Part shown: positions 24,975 through 39,000 of the stretch, piece by piece | Layout: the number at the start of each line of letters is the position of its first letter | Numbering within the stretch: the stretch's first letter is position 1 | NCBI GenBank assembly: GCA_036172245.1 | Contig: JAYWIR010000071.1 | Span: 248,001 to 312,000 of the forward strand | From: Raillietiella orientalis | Taxonomy: Eukaryota | Direction: 5' to 3' | Length of the DNA stretch: 64,000 bases | Notes under the pieces: model-generated | Seen by the model: only the letters and a program-made list of their open reading frames with translations | The model's database searches: none | What the model was told of the DNA's origin: nothing | Program-made: the position numbers and the translations under genes

Positions 24975-27568
24975 ATGAGTAACATATATATCCAGGAGCC
25001 TCCAACAAATGGAAAAGTATTGTCTTTTTTGCACCTTAACTCTTATGCTTTGCGTTTTGTTCAATAAGGTTCTTCTTGTTACAACAGTTGGTGATATCGA
25101 TGTTGAACTATGGTGCAAAGAGTGCCCCAAAGCTTGCAGAAATTTCATCCAGCTCTGCCTGGAAGGATACTATAATAATACAATCTTTCATCGAGTTGTT
25201 AAAGGCTTTATTGTTCAAGGAGGAGATCCCACAGGCACAGGGGAAGGTGGTGAGTCGATATATGGAGCCCCTTTCAAGGTGAATTTATTTCTGTTTACAT
25301 TCAGGAAAGCTAATTTTACTTTAGAATTAAATTAAAATTTTACCACATTTCGCCACAGCATGTTGTTTAAGGGGATATTCATTGTTCTGTGATTTGGCAT
25401 CCATTCTGTAGGTTCTGAATGCAGCTTTGTACCTAAGACTTGGGACCTTGATAGCATGTGAGACGTATTTAAAGATTTTGCAGCATTATGAAGGAGAAAG
25501 TCGAAATTTTAATCAATCGAAATTGAAATTGATTCTTGCAAAATTATGTAACTTGAGTTAAGTGTCCGAGTCCTTGTTTGGAATTTGTTTGAAAATACTT
25601 TTTTTTTTGCTTTAACCATTAACTTGTGAAGAACTGATCCTCAGTCTTTGGAATAATTTTAGAATGATGACGGTTTTGCTATTCTTATTGCATTTGAAAC
25701 TAACAGTTTGCAATCTATAGCAGATAGAATAGAACTAGAATATGACCGGTTGTTTAAAAAATTGGAAATAGGAATTAGAAATGGGGAAAATTGCAAAGCC
25801 AAAATTTCCCAGTTATAGTATGTGTATTTTTTTTTCTTTTGTAGGATGAGTTCCATTCCAGGCTCAGATTCAATAGAAGAGGATTGGTGGGCATGGTTAA
25901 TGCTGGAAGGAATGATAATGGCTCCCAGTTCTTCTTCACTTTGGATGCTTGCCCGGAGTTACAAAATAAAAATACTCTGTTTGGAAAAGTTACAGGAAAA
26001 ACATTATTTAATATGCTTAAATTGGAAGAAGGATTAATAGAGGTGATGATTTTAAGTATCATACAAATGTCTGTTTCTGAATCAATTCTTGATCTTTGAT
26101 TTTCTGAAAGTCATGGCACACTCTGAGTGGTTCGTCAAGTTTAAAGTCACTTAAACTCTAAACAAAGCCAAATGTAAATTCGGATTGTGAGTTTGCAGAC
26201 AATGCTTTTGCTTACATCCAAAAATCAATGGTTTGTTCAAGCAAATGAAACAAAAAACTCCTCAGTTTGTGTAACCAAATTGTCCTAAAAATATTGACAT
26301 TTTGACTATGCTTACAATGTTGTATCTGATTTAGAAAGAAAAGCCAAAGCATCCACATCGTATTTTGCATGTCAAAATTTTGAACAATCCATTTAATGAC
26401 ATTGTCCCACGGGTAAAAGCTGAGAAAAGTAACAGCGAAGAAGCTGAGAAAAAGCAAACCAAATGTGTTGGTACCAAGTAAGAGAAAAAGTGAATGAAAA
26501 AGACTAAATGTGCTTGTAAAGAAATTTTAGTTTGTTGTCATTTGGTGATGAAGCAGAAATCCAAGAAAAAGAATCATCTCTAGCTAGCCAACAATATAGT
26601 GGCAAGGGCAAATCAAGTCATGATTTGACCAATGATCCTAAGTTGAGTGCTATACCAGCCATCCAGCCCAGTGAAGATGATTCAAGGGTCACAGCTGATG
26701 ATGACCAAGGGTAGTTGCATGCTTGAAGACACCAATGTTAGGGAGTGCACATGTTTTCAGAAAAGAGGATGAAATGCCTTTGGATAAAGAACAAGAAGAA
26801 GAAATACCAGAAGTGAGCATAGTGGATAATGCTGATTCTGGAGATGAAGAAGAAGACAATGAGCAGGAAGCTAGATTGTAAGATGTCATCTTAATATGTA
26901 CATTTGATTCCACTGAGAAAGATAGGAAGAAACTGCGAGATGAGGTCAAGGAGTTGAAAAGGTTTCTGAGGAAATCTAGGAAACGTGAGCAGCAGGAGGA
27001 ACCAACAGATGCTGAGGGGGCTGTTGAAGATGAAGACCCTGTTTGGGGTCAGTACAACAGAGAATTGGCTGTATATCAACGAAGGAAACAACTGCAGCAA
27101 GTCAAAGGTAAAAATTCTTTTGTTTTCCCAGCTGGTGTACTTGGGGTCTTAAAGGTCCATCTAGAGAACAGGTTACATTAGAGTTGCTAGAGCGTTTTAA
27201 CAACAGGCTGCAGCAAGCTAAGGAGAACTGTCCCATGGATATGGCTGAAGAGGATTTGGACATAGACCCTGATGGTGATGAAGACATCCCCATCACAGAT
27301 TCTTGGTTGGTCTTGTGTTTTTATTTTACGTGCATCATGAATTTGTATAAGGTTAACCCACAAACTAAAGTTTGACCATGTGGAACCAGTTCTTGCCAAA
27401 GATGCCAACACTAAAGGAGATGATTGGTTTGAAATCTATGATCCTCGTAATCCCATCAACAAACGTCGGAGGGGAGAGACAAGTGATGCAGATAAGAGAG
27501 ATGAGATGTTAGAGTACATAGAGACTTCGATGCTGCCCATCAAACGAGCTCCCGTCAGGATCAATTGA
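24975..27568 (+). CDS. CWC27: Spliceosome-associated cyclophilin-type PPIase CWC27 (SDCCAG10)
   Basis: Exons 24975-25016, 25069-25278, 25845-26042, 26335-26477, 26522-26710, 26761-26877, 26926-27107, 27155-27305, 27352-27568, all GT-AG and in frame. Translation gives MSNIYIQEPPTNGKV, CRNFIQLCLEGYY, FIVQGGDPTGTGEGGESIYG, DEFHSRLRFNRRGLVGM, NFSLLSFGDEAE and DWFEIYDPRNPINKRRR, which are diagnostic CWC27 motifs. Confidence 0.95.
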
Positions 27569-30500
27569 TCCATACAGTTGGCCTTGCCCATGCAGGATGT
27601 TTCGGTTCCCTCCGTCTCTGCTCTCCTTGCAACTAAAGCAACATCAGTTCGAGCTTGTAGACGCTGATTGTAATGTGAATTGTTATTCCATTTGGAGACT
27701 TATTGATTGGGTGAATTATAGACTTATAGACTAGATCATAACAGTAATAAATCCTATTATTGCTTCACTGTCTGCTTGTTATAGGGATGAAGTGACTCCT
27801 GAATTTTACGAAGATATTTATGTACCCCGAGGTCAAGTTGTTGTTTTTTGTTTTTGTGTTTGTTTTATCAAGTATAACCTTATGCACTAGGACCTGTTTT
27901 TGGTTGATACGTTATAGAAAACGCGAAACAAATCAAGTGCACTTGCCAAATGGGGCTCTAATCTAGAACACGTATTCGAATTAATCGGCTGATCAGACGA
28001 TCGATGTTTACCATCTGATAACTTCAAAATCCTGTTGATCATGATTTGTATCCAAAGAATTTTTGCGTTCCTTTCCATGTTGGAGGTTGATTTTCCTGTG
28101 AGACGAGCTGTTGGCATGCAGTGCAGATTTAAGTCGACTTGGACTTTGGATGCAGGCGTAAATCAAGATTAGCAGATACGACGTTCCGCAAGGGAATGTC
28201 GTGCAAGCAGTGTTGTGTTCATCGTAATTTCTATTATTTGACACCACAATAATAATTAGAAATTAGTTGGTAATCCACGTTTCATCTTCTCACAACCTCT
28301 CTGTATCTCCTGTTTCCAGCCAATGCCTTGCGTAAAGGAAATCCCTTCTGTTGAGCAGGCGTTGCTTTTCGCATTTCGAAAACTTTACCGGAAGGAATGC
28401 ATGTTGGCCACGCTGAGTGGTCTTGCACGCGTTTCTCCGAACTGGGCATGTGGATATGCCACGGGATCGCATTCCACAAGCACCCGTGGTCCCGGAATCT
28501 CAGTCCGTGCGGATGCGGTCGAGGCTTTCGGCCGCATCACGAAGAGCAGCAGCGCCCCCTGCCTCCGTGCTCCGTCAGACGGCCATCGATCGTCCCGTTG
28601 CCAGAGCAACGCGAGTTTTCCACTTGCCATCGTTTTTTCCCTCTGTTCCACTGAGAGACAGCTAGTTATCGGACATTATTTTGTTGCATGCAGTTTGCGA
28701 AATAGTCCTCCAGTATTCGTAATCCCGTCGCAGCGTGGAAACTGAAATCCTATTTGCAGGCGAGAAATTAGAGACGATGCGTGGCATGATGGAAGTTTCC
28801 GTGAAAGAGGGAGTGCTGCGATGGACCGCACAAATTTCATTTCGGTTCCATCGGCGAAATGACAAACGAAAATGCAGATTTTATTGTTCTCGACAGAACC
28901 TTGTGCTCTTTGGTAAAGTTTGCGAGGCGGCAAAAAATGCCAGGCATCACGGGGATTTATCATGATGAGCTTCTAAAAGCAATTAAACTCGGAACTGAAT
29001 TTTCGAATGGGTTTCGTTTATGTGTGAAATGTTTCCCAAACTCGGAGACAGAAAGGTGCAACAGAAAGGTGAGTTCCGGTTCGTGTGTTAGGTCACGCGA
29101 AGACTTGTGAGGCTCATGGAGTGCTCAGTTCTGTGTTGATGACTCGTGAAGAGAAGAATTTGCCCTCATGGGGAGGTGGGGGCGCACAGCAAACCCCTAA
29201 ACGCATCCCGTTTCAGCGCATTAAAAGGTACGCACCGGAGCCAAGAATCTGCAAGGTACGTACAGCTTTGCCGATGTGTATTGCGCGATTCGAAGACGCG
29301 TGCAACAGACTGCATGCGAGTGCACACACTCCATGAGGAATGCTTCGTTTCGATCTACGCAGATATTCGGGCCTTCACAAAGCATTGATCTCTGTCTGAG
29401 AGATCCTTGCTAGCAACCTGCTGTCTGGGATGTACACAGAATGGCACGGGTCTCTCGGGAGTTTGAGAGGCGCCACAAAATTCCGCACCTTGAAGTTGGT
29501 TCTGTTTGTTCAGGGACTGTGAAAATCTGGAAGCCATCAACAAAACCAGAGGCAACACATCGTCTCCCTTCATTAACAGAAGTCGCACTACGGACATTCT
29601 CTCACAAAAGGTAGAATTCCGGTTTTTGCTTGAGACCATCGTTATATCTTTCGTGCAGAAGAGAAATCGTCAGGAAGCAGGACGACTAACACCACAGTGC
29701 TGTCCCCTCTCAAGTTCCTGCCACGTCTCAAGTTCCTTCCGCGCAGCATCGAGAAAACCATCCATCATCGAATGACAATGACACTTCGGAGTTTCTTCTC
29801 TGCGGGAACGAAGAGAGTCCATGGACGCGTGGGGTAGGAAACTCTGGAACTTGACGTAGCAAGTTTAGCGAGCGATTCCGCCAACTTCCAATGTTCCATC
29901 ACAACATCCCCTCCCCCCCGTTGTGATTATCAGTTTTCCGAGACTGCTCCCTTCCTAGGCATGCTGATGTGATGAAATCGTCTGTGTCACTGTGGGAACT
30001 TTTGCCGGGGGCCCTTCCTGTGCTTGCCGCTTACCTGCCTGTTCAGATTTTGAACCAAAGACCAAGCGGAAAGACTCGTGCGCCGGAAGGAAATTATCAA
30101 ACAAGTTTCTTGGTACGTCGTGGCATTTACAGTACTTTCCCTCGCCTTTCGGATGTTTCATCCTTCTGTCCCAAGTGGGGAAGTTCGCCGAGCAAACCGC
30201 AGATCCCTTTGGGGAAAACCAGAGTAGAACTCTCGACATTCGGTCTGCATCCCGCTCTTGTTCCATCCGAACTTTTCGGCAACCCGATTCCAAGGAGATG
30301 AACTTTTTCTCGCGTTCAGGGTGTTTTTGGAAACCTCGTCGCGTTCCCGCCTTCCCAGATGACGTCACCGAGCAGAGCTTTTGGAAATACGCGAGAAGGA
30401 GAGACGTTTCAGAAATGCTGGTTTCCGCAAAGTCTCTTCTCTCACTTTCCATTTGCTGCGCCTCTCTGCCTACCATTGCAAGAGGATCATCAATACGGGT

Positions 30501-31050
30501 TCAAGCGGAAACAGCCCACTGGCAAGCTGCCTCAATGGCCTCGTCGGTTTTCACCACGAGCCAGTCCACAAATGAGCCTATCCGAAGACTCGGTCCGCAA
30601 AAACCACTGACGAAGCTTTGCCACTCTTCCGCTGTTTTGTCAGGCGCCCCTTCCTCGAGAAAGCACGCTCCGTCCGGTGGGGTGGCGAGACCACCCACGT
30701 CCCCCGCCAAGCTGGAAGCACTGGTCGAGAAGATCAAAGGCTCGTTAGTCGGAGCAAGACGAGAGGGAAGGTGGAAGGGACCACGGAAACGGCAGGAGAT
30801 TCGTCGAAGAAGAAAAGAGGCGTCGAGACCCGAGGGCGCCGAACGCACGGTGAAGGACTCAGGACGCCGCGCCTGTCCGCGAACGCTTCCATCCCGACTG
30901 ACGTTCGCCTTTGGGGCACGACCCGCGCGCAAGTCCGAGATTTGCACACTTTTTGAAAATTCTCGCGATGGGTCATGGTCGAAGGGATCACGCGATTTCA
31001 CGCCTTGTAGCTTTGCAGCGGTAACGCTCTCTCATGAGAACTCCAAATTC

Positions 31051-31282
31051 ACCTCTTATAAGAGTCGCAAGGTGGGGGTGGGGGCACAGTTCCGACACAA
31101 TCTGCGGGCTTCGGACGCCGGAGACGTGAGACCGGGTCTTAGCGACACGTGGGACTCCCATCGCTGCTGCTGAGCCTCGCGGGCGAGCAGCACCTGATTC
31201 GACAGGTACGGCGAGGAATGCATAGGTCCTATGTCCGTTCCGAGATAGGCTCGCCGACACGGTGGTTGGCTGCCGCCATCCA
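31051..31282. repeat. Dispersed repeat, copy A (partner at 59641-60052)
   Basis: Shares GGAGACGTGAGACCGGGTCTT..TCGCTGCTGCTGAGCCTCGC..GGGCGAGCAGC..AGGTACGGCGAGGAATGCATAGGTCC with copy B, plus a second block GGTTGGCTG(TG)CCGCCA. Confidence 0.85.
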
Positions 31283-31347
31283 ACGGCTGCCGTCCGGGCC
31301 CAACCAACGCTACCAACAACCAAACGGTCAGCAAGTGCATTTCTGGA

Positions 31348-31380
31348 ATCTCCCAGACACTGGTCCAGTGTCTGGGAGAT
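31348..31380. repeat. 33-bp palindrome (16-bp perfect arms, 1-nt spacer)
   Basis: ATCTCCCAGACACTGG-T-CCAGTGTCTGGGAGAT. Confidence 0.95.
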
Positions 31381-33149
31381 CGGGTGGCGCGCAGATGGAA
31401 GGGAGGACTCCCGTCCCACTTGGCGAAACTAGACAATACGGCGTGAAGAGGAGTCCCGGGAGGAAGACGAGGAGGGAAGAGAGGAAAAAGAAAGTTGAGG
31501 GATCCAAAAATCTCCCGCGTGAGAGAAGGAGAGCTCCACCATGGAGGAGGCGATACGTTGCGCACCTTCCAGGCTGGTCGAAAGAACGTGGAGAGCACTC
31601 CAGCACAGGGAGACTCGGCAGCCGAGCACGCGCCCGCGTGCACCCGCTCTAGGAGGAGTAGAACACTCAATGCCCCGCCCATCTGTCTCACAGTTTCCGA
31701 GTGAAGCTCCCTGAAGTCCTCGTTCAGAGTGACTTGGGACACCCGCTGGCATCCTTGCTTGCGTCCAGCCTGTGAGAGGGGCTTGGCCTGAGGGGGGAGG
31801 GTCCACCTCAGTGGGGTCATTCGGTCGGAAACGCAGAGTGACCCCTCCACAATGCGGAATGCTCGGGACTGACGCCTCCGGGCAAGAGGCTCGCGGTCTT
31901 GTGGGACCGTTCGAAGAAACACTGGCAGCCTCACGGTGGCCTCCTCAGAACAAGAGCGCAGCAGCGGGACCGTTGGGCGTGGAAGACTCCCTGCAAGACG
32001 CGAGTGGACGACGCCCGTTTTCACGTCAACCAGGCTTCAACAGCCTGCCTCCCCTCCCCCTTTCCCGGCCGGCGCGTCGCACCTCTCCTGGAGGACAGCG
32101 GTGCTTTTCTAGGGAAAGGAAAGGAAAAGGGGGAGCGGCGGAGATGCAGGATGAGGATCGGTGCGTCTCCCACAGGCAGACTGCCGACACCAGCCATCGC
32201 TCCTACTGGTGCGGTCAAGACGCACCCATCCCGATTTCCAGGGAAAATCTGTAAGCATCCACAACGCTCATGAGCAGCCGACTTCTTTGAGGAGGCGTTC
32301 CGTCTGGCGTCTTCGACGCTGCCGAAGCGTGGTCGGACTGCCTTCAGAAGGCTGAGTTGGCCCTCAACGCTCCATGGCAAGTTCAACCTGTCGGAGTGGT
32401 CTTCCATCTGAAACACCTTCGTGTCCTCCCCCCCTCCGCCCGCTGTTTTTTGTCTGTCCGACCTCCTATGGGGCGAAGCTGCGATCTCAACGCCTGCTGA
32501 GGAACGTCCTTTAAGGACCTGCGAGGTGCAGGATCCGCCTCAAAGACTTGGCGCCTCCGCGTCGCGGTGCCGTCTTGGGCATCCTCACGCTGGAGAGAAT
32601 CGGTCTGCAAATGCAGTTTCGAATGCTGTGGACTTCCCCGTTGTTTGAACCTGCATGCATCATCCTGCTAAGATGCGACGGCAGCGAAGGACTGCTCTCG
32701 TTGCTGCCGAGCACTCATTATAGGACGCGGGGATTTGGCTTCCCCCTGAGGCAACTCGCATGTCTAGTAGAAGCCCAAACATGGATCTCCTGCGACCCGA
32801 TGAACTTCAATTCCTGGCGGCAGAAGGCTGTTGAGTCCTGAGCTGCATTCCAGGCAATGCGCTCTCAAGATCTTTACTACCACGACTTTTGGAAGTGATG
32901 ATGCAGGACGCAGCGAAGTGGTCGAGCCTGGCCGCCACCCTCCTTGCCGAAGCGCTGCGTACCCTCAGGACAAGAGACGACAGTAGCCTACCGGCGAGGT
33001 GGGAGTTTTCCTGCACCATCGCGGGAAGGGACAAAACTTCTTAGAAACTTGATGCTTGCAGCATGAGCGAGCTGGTGGATGCTGCCACTCTACGTGCTGT
33101 GGCAACGGGACTCCTTCGGTGGAGTGAACTTTTGAGTGTAGCCCCCGAG

Positions 33150-33970
33150 GAACTTGTGGTCCTCCCCCATTGCCTGGACACTTCGGTGTGCCTCCTCTCC
33201 TGGGGAAACAGACCGTGGACGGCATCTAAGTTTGCAACTTAGCTCTTCCTCGACTGGGGATTCCAGTGCAACGAACGCCGGCACCTCGTTCCCCCGGGGG
33301 TCGCATCACCGAACTGTGCCAGGTGCAGGTCAGCGTAGTCGATCCCGCTGCACCTGCTTTTGGACTGCGGTGCCCTCCAGGAACTGCAGTGGAGGCAGAG
33401 CTCCTGCACCAGGAGGACATCGCCCGCGACGGTTCTTCGCCCCGGGAGGACTCTCGACGGGAGCAATGACCGCAACCATCGGTTGCATCCGTGACATCAT
33501 TACGGCTCGGCATGTGCTGGAGACAACCACGAAGCGAAGGGAGGTCAATGGAATGGCAGCCACCTACATGAAGACGGCCGCAAAGTGGTCTCACCTGCAA
33601 GAGGAAGACAAGGAGGAGACCGCCGGCATCCAGCGCCAGTTTTGAAATGAAGGAACGGTAGACACTGGTCTTGTCTTCCTTCATTTTTTTTCTCATTCCC
33701 CATTCCCTTTCGCTCCGGAACTTCCCCAGTTTTTTTGCATTGTCCCCGGTGCATATGGAGCGAACCCAAAGATCCTTGCTCGAACCCACCAGATTTCCTT
33801 TTTTTTTCTTCTTTGTCCTCTTCCTATCCCCTGCTCCGGACTTTTGAATATCCCTACCTGCGCGTTGGTGGACTCCCCCTTAAACTTCTTTTGTCTTCGG
33901 TCGGGAACCAGCGTGCTCCCAACTGGTTTATTTCTATAAAATAAACGCCCCAGAGTGACTGGGTGAGAAA
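33150..33970 (+). mobile_element. Decayed L1/Tx1-like non-LTR retrotransposon 3' portion (copy 1)
   Basis: Translation from ~33243 gives LFLDWGFQCNERRH..SPNCARCRSA*SIPLHLLLDC, a zf-RVT-type C-x2-C..H-x4-C knuckle. It continues into an ORF2-like tail (..IITARHVLE..EVNGMAATYMKTAAKWSHL..KEETAGI) ending at 33645, then a T-rich 3'UTR, AATAAA at 33940 and a terminal hairpin. It may extend upstream to ~32300. Confidence 0.7.
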
Positions 33971-35392
33971 CTTCTTCGAGGAGGCACAAGGAACCTTCGC
34001 CAAAGCTGGAACCCAGTCCCTTTTCTTCGGTTCCCGTGGAAATGCCGGCATGAGATCGCGGCAGCACGCCGCGGAATCCAGCGCACCTCTTGCAAAATCA
34101 GGGCGATACCCTCATGCCGCGCCCCACTTGTTCCGGATGTTTGCAGCACTCACGTGACTCACCCACTCCTCAACTTGGAGCCCATTGCAGACGCGTCCTC
34201 TCCACGCTTACGAGCAGCTTGGCTTTGCTCCTCGGAGCCTTCTGAAGGGGATTCTCTCTTGCCAGGACATTTGCTACACTGGTCTCGTCCAACCTGACGG
34301 GGAGGCAGAGCCCTCGCGGGATGCCCTTCCCAGTCGTTGCCACGGATGTGACGGACGTGCGTTACGTGCGTTTTCCGGAGGGCAGCAATGGGAACACATA
34401 CGGAAAAACGCGAATCCTTCGTTCCTTATGCTCTTGAAGATAGAGAAAGCCGAGTTGCGGGAAGGCACATTTCACTTTTTATCTTCCGCCCCCAAGTGGG
34501 AGAGCAGTGGACGCGTAGGGCGTCGAGCGGTGACGACCAGAAGGGAGAGCGGAAAAGAAATTCGAATCCTACAAGCCAGCCAGGGCGTGCTCGCAACAAT
34601 ATCTCCCCTCCCACCCACCCCCTTCACCTCCCTCTCCCAGCGAGCGCATGCCGATACAGCTCCACCTCGTCCACAAGCTGAGCGTGAGAGGAAGCGGGGT
34701 GAAGCGAGTCACGACCGACAGGAGGGGGAACGAACGCAACCGGAAAATCCTAGGGATCGCTAGCGCCTAGTCCCGTTCGTCGAGGGGACCAGCCCCTCTC
34801 ACCGGGCAGGCGACAACGACTCACGGGGATGCGCAACGCCGAAGGCATCGCGTGGGCGGCCGTACCGTTGCCTCAGCAACAGACGACGAAGCGGGCAAAT
34901 TACCGAAGTTTCCGGTTCGTCTGCCGGTAGCGTTCGCACGCGGACTCGATGGCTCCCCATTGCCGTCGAGCAAACGAGAGCGGCGGGCCCCGTTCGGCTG
35001 GCTGGAGGGGACAGCGGAGAAGCGACCGCGACGATGTTCTCGAGCGGGCGACCCCCTCCGACGGTGCCGCGAGCGCCTCCGCAGTGGAGCGAGACGCAGC
35101 CGCGCATCCTCCGACCTCCGAGCCAGCCGCTCCCTCACACGTAGAAAGCACGCGAGGTAGGAGGGGGGGGGGGGGCGACACTGCTTTCCGCACACGAGCG
35201 CTGGACGGACAAGTCGGACGCGTGCGAGCAAACAAAGCAGGAACGGGAACTCGTGTGGATGCGCGAAGAGATTACCATCGAAGGTCCCGAGCAATCACGA
35301 ATTAGGCGCTGCGCTCGAGACAAAGGAGGGCAAAAACGAAGCAGAGCAAAGCACCTCCGATTCCAAGCAGCGGGGCGACGAAAGGAAGGAAG

Positions 35393-35499
35393 GGGAGGAG
35401 GAGGAGGAGGAGGGGGGGGGGAGGGCAGGAGAAGAAATCAACAACGGAGTCGCACCGGACACAAACGCAGTTTCCAGCGGCGGCGGCGGCGGCGGCGGC
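35393..35499. repeat. (GGA)n, G-run and (GGC)n simple repeats upstream of the esterase-like gene
   Basis: Seen directly. They lie in CpG-rich sequence ~550-650 nt upstream of the ATG at 36028. Confidence 0.8.
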
Positions 35500-36027
35500 A
35501 TTCCACGAGGAAGGAATCCCTCCTGCGCGCGCGGGGCGAGCGTTCTTCCGACTTTCGTCATTTCCACCGCACACCTTCCATGGCCACTCGGCTGCGCAGG
35601 CACGCCGTCGCGTAAAAAGCGCTCGGCCGGCCCCGCGCGCGCGTTGTTTTCCGCGGACTTGGACGGCGGCGCGCTCAGGTGCGGCGGCTCTCCGCCATCT
35701 TACTCTGTGCAAACATGCTCCCCGTGCTGTGTGTCGCAACGCCCTCCGGCCTTACCCGCGTACGCGCGTGCAGCGGGAGCAGGAGCAGCAGCAGCGAGTG
35801 CCCGAAGTGTTGTTGGTGCTGCGGCGATAGCGGCGGCCAAACCGGGATGCGACTTGCGTGGTAGGGCCAGACTCCCATCCTCCTCCACGCCCCCTTTTCA
35901 CGCTCTCGTTGCCTTCCCAACCGTTTGTTCCCGCTGCGGGTAATGTGCGCGGCGGCCGCCTCGTGTGCCGCCGACGCCCCTGTCAGAGTGATCCCCCGGT
36001 GATTCCTTTTTCCTCCCGCCCTCCGCA

Positions 36028-39000
36028 ATGGATTTCCGTCTGCCGGCCCTGCGCCGGAGCGTGGTGTGCCTCTTCCTCAGCGTCAGCGTCGCGCCCCCGG
36101 AGGCTGGCGTGGTCAGGGTGTGCCTGGCAAACGCTCGGGAGCGCGGTGCCGACGGCGGCCTGTTCGACTTCGGCAACGGCAACTGGAGGGACTTCAGCAG
36201 AGGCTACCAGTACGACGTGGCAGGCCACTCCCCCCCGTTCGGCCTAAACGGCGAGCGCCAAACGTTCACCCTGGACTTCGACGGTCGCCAGAAAAGCTCC
36301 AGGACAGGCGAGCCCAAGGAACGTTACAGGAACCGTTTCAGCAACCCTTATCAGTATTCCGGGCTGGACTATCGAGATAAGATATCTGCAATCAGAGCCA
36401 AGGAGAGCTGGCGGGCGGATCTCCTAGGTAACGCCTTCGGTTTCGTTCCGTCTTGCTGGCCGCTGGCCTCCCGCTCCTCGCCCCCCCCCATCCCCCCCCA
36501 TCCGCAGTTCTGCCCTCCCCTCCCTTGGCTTGGACCTTGAAAGGCGCCCACCCCCTGGGGGGTCGCGCTACGTCTCCCGCTGGGCCACTTCGGTGCGACG
36601 CGCGTGGGACCACGCCTTCGCACGAACTCTCGTTTGCCGCGGTGACGATAAGCGAGGGCGAGGTGGAGGCGCCATTCCAGCGTGCGCGCGACTCGCCGGC
36701 GTCTCCCGGAAACATCGAGATTTCCTCTTCTCCCCCTCCCCCTTTTCCCGCTGGTCCGTGGGGGCGTCCGGCTGGAGCTCCTAGGGTTCCACAGCATGGT
36801 CCCTGCCGAGTCGAGGAGCGGTGGGCCGGGTGGGCGCACTTCTCCGGCGACGCACGCGCCGGGAATACGCTCTCTCGCGAAAGTCGGTCGCTTCGCGAAG
36901 GAGGCGGTTGGCACAGGGCGGGAAACTGCGGTGACAGTGGCGCCCGCGATACGGGCGCCACCGTTGACTATACGGGGCGAAGGCAAGGCGTCCTGGACTC
37001 CTTGCAGCTGGGGCAAGCCCCTCCCCTAGTGGGCGGGTGAGTAGGAGCCAGGCGGACCCGTGATGGATGGGAGGGAGGGAGGAGGCATCTCCGAGCCTGC
37101 CCTCAGGGAGTCGGCGAAAGGGCTTGCACGCCGCCCGCACCGCAAAAGGGGGAGGAGGGGTCGAAGGCCGGGAGGCTGCTCCCGCGCGAGCGGGCCGCGC
37201 CCTGCTCGCCGTTGCCGAGGGAGACGGGCGCGCGGGCATCCCTGCGACAGAAGTCAGAGGGCTGGGCGCCGCTCCCGGGCGCGAGCGGAGCGCGGGATTC
37301 GCTGGCTGGCTACTTCGCCCACTCTCGGCGAGGGCCCCCCCGGTTCTCTCCATCGCGGACGGCCCCCCGGTTCCCGAGGCCACCCGCCGCGTTCCCTGCC
37401 GTGCTACGTCGCGAAGGCTGGGATCCTTCACCTGCGAGGGGGTGCTGGGCGTCCCGACCTCCCCCTCTTCTCCAGGGAAGCTGAGCCCGGGGAGACCACC
37501 CGTCCCGGCTCCGTTCGTTCGCAGCCGATAGCCGTTGTGAGGCGACCAACGCTCTCAGGGGACGACGCGGCGGTGGCACGCAAAAATGGCGCGCGACGTC
37601 AGAGCCCTTCACAACTGCGGGTCGCAGCGGCGCCAGGGCACGTAATCGTCCGTGTGCGCGCCGCACGGTTCGCTGCCGTGTTTCCCGCTGCTGGTAGGTC
37701 GCCACCCTTGCTGGTGTCGAGGGCGCCGGCGCTGGCGTCTGGCGAAGAGGACCTTCACGTGGGTAGTGGTCGCTCTCCCCGTGCGGCGAGGGACGAGCCT
37801 CCTGTCCGGAAGGCAATCTCGGCGACCTCGACTTCTCCTTGCGCCTGCCCTCTCCTTCACTCCTCTCTTGGACCTCGGTTTCGCACCGAGGCGCGCGTTC
37901 GATCCTGCGGGCGCGTGTTGAACGGAAGGAAATGCTCGTCCGCGTCAGCTTCTCTAGTCATCGCGGTCGTCCTCTTCCTCTAGTCTTTCTCCATCCATTC
38001 GCAGAATGGAGCTTCTTCCTCTCGCTTGGGTTTCCCTTCGTGGCAGATTCCACCTCCGGTTTTGCATCTCCCGTTGCTGCTGGTGGATTCCGCAGCGTCC
38101 GCATGATCGGTCGCACCTGCCTCACTTCCTCTCTGTCTCTCATCCGTACTTGATCGTTCACCCGCCTCATCCCCCATCCTTCATTTGGACTCCCCCTGTG
38201 ACAGTGACATTTCATAGATGTCGTGTGACTCTCGTTTCCTATCTGTACACCTGTGATCGTACTCCTCTCGTATGTTTAGTACAAAGTGACTCATATAGTG
38301 GCTCTTCTCGTGTATTTACTTTGTTAAGAAATGAAGGGTAATTCTCTTAGAGTAACATTGGTAACCGTTACCAACGCATTGCCCCTTCGAGAGGAAATTC
38401 CCGTGAGTGATTCCTCTTCAGTTAAGCCTACGCCTATCGCTGGCGGCAGCGGCAGCGAATGCAGCGCGAGTGCAAACGCGCATTACACGTTTGCACTCCC
38501 GCAGACGTCCTCAAATTCACGCTCTCCCGTCACGGGACGCCTCGTCCTCCTTCGCGATTTCGTCATAGCAATCGTGACATCCTGCCGGCTTGCCGGCCTC
38601 TTGTCACATCCTCACTTGGATTGCACATCAACACCGATCGAGTTCTGGTGGCCGATCATGACAGAGGGTCGTTTCGTCTTCCGTTCCATCGATCTTCCTC
38701 TCGCTGACCACGTTTATTCCCCTTCGCATTCTGCACCTCCTGGAACAACTGTTCCTCCTCCCTCCCCATCAGTCGCTCACCAAGGATGCTGGACGTACGA
38801 ACGTTGGGATTAAAAAGAGATCGACACGACTCGAGTCGCAGAGAGAGCTTCCGTTAAGTCTTATCCGCAGGAGTTGCATCTCCAGTCATTGCGAGATTCG
38901 TCCGCTCATCCGCAACGGCAGGGACATCTTTTAACCCATTCCCCATTGAGCATCCAGATTCTGCTGGGTCTTCATCGAGGCCGACAGAATTTCCCTCGAG

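Noticed and set aside
29992..31173. 393-aa plus-strand ORF
   Set aside because: No recognisable domain. The opposite strand in the same register looks more protein-like, so this is probably a shadow ORF.
31165..31195. Hammerhead-like CTGCTGAG-CC..GGC-GAGC in the dispersed repeat
   Set aside because: The core deviates from CUGANGA and GAAA in both copies, and stems I and III could not be built.
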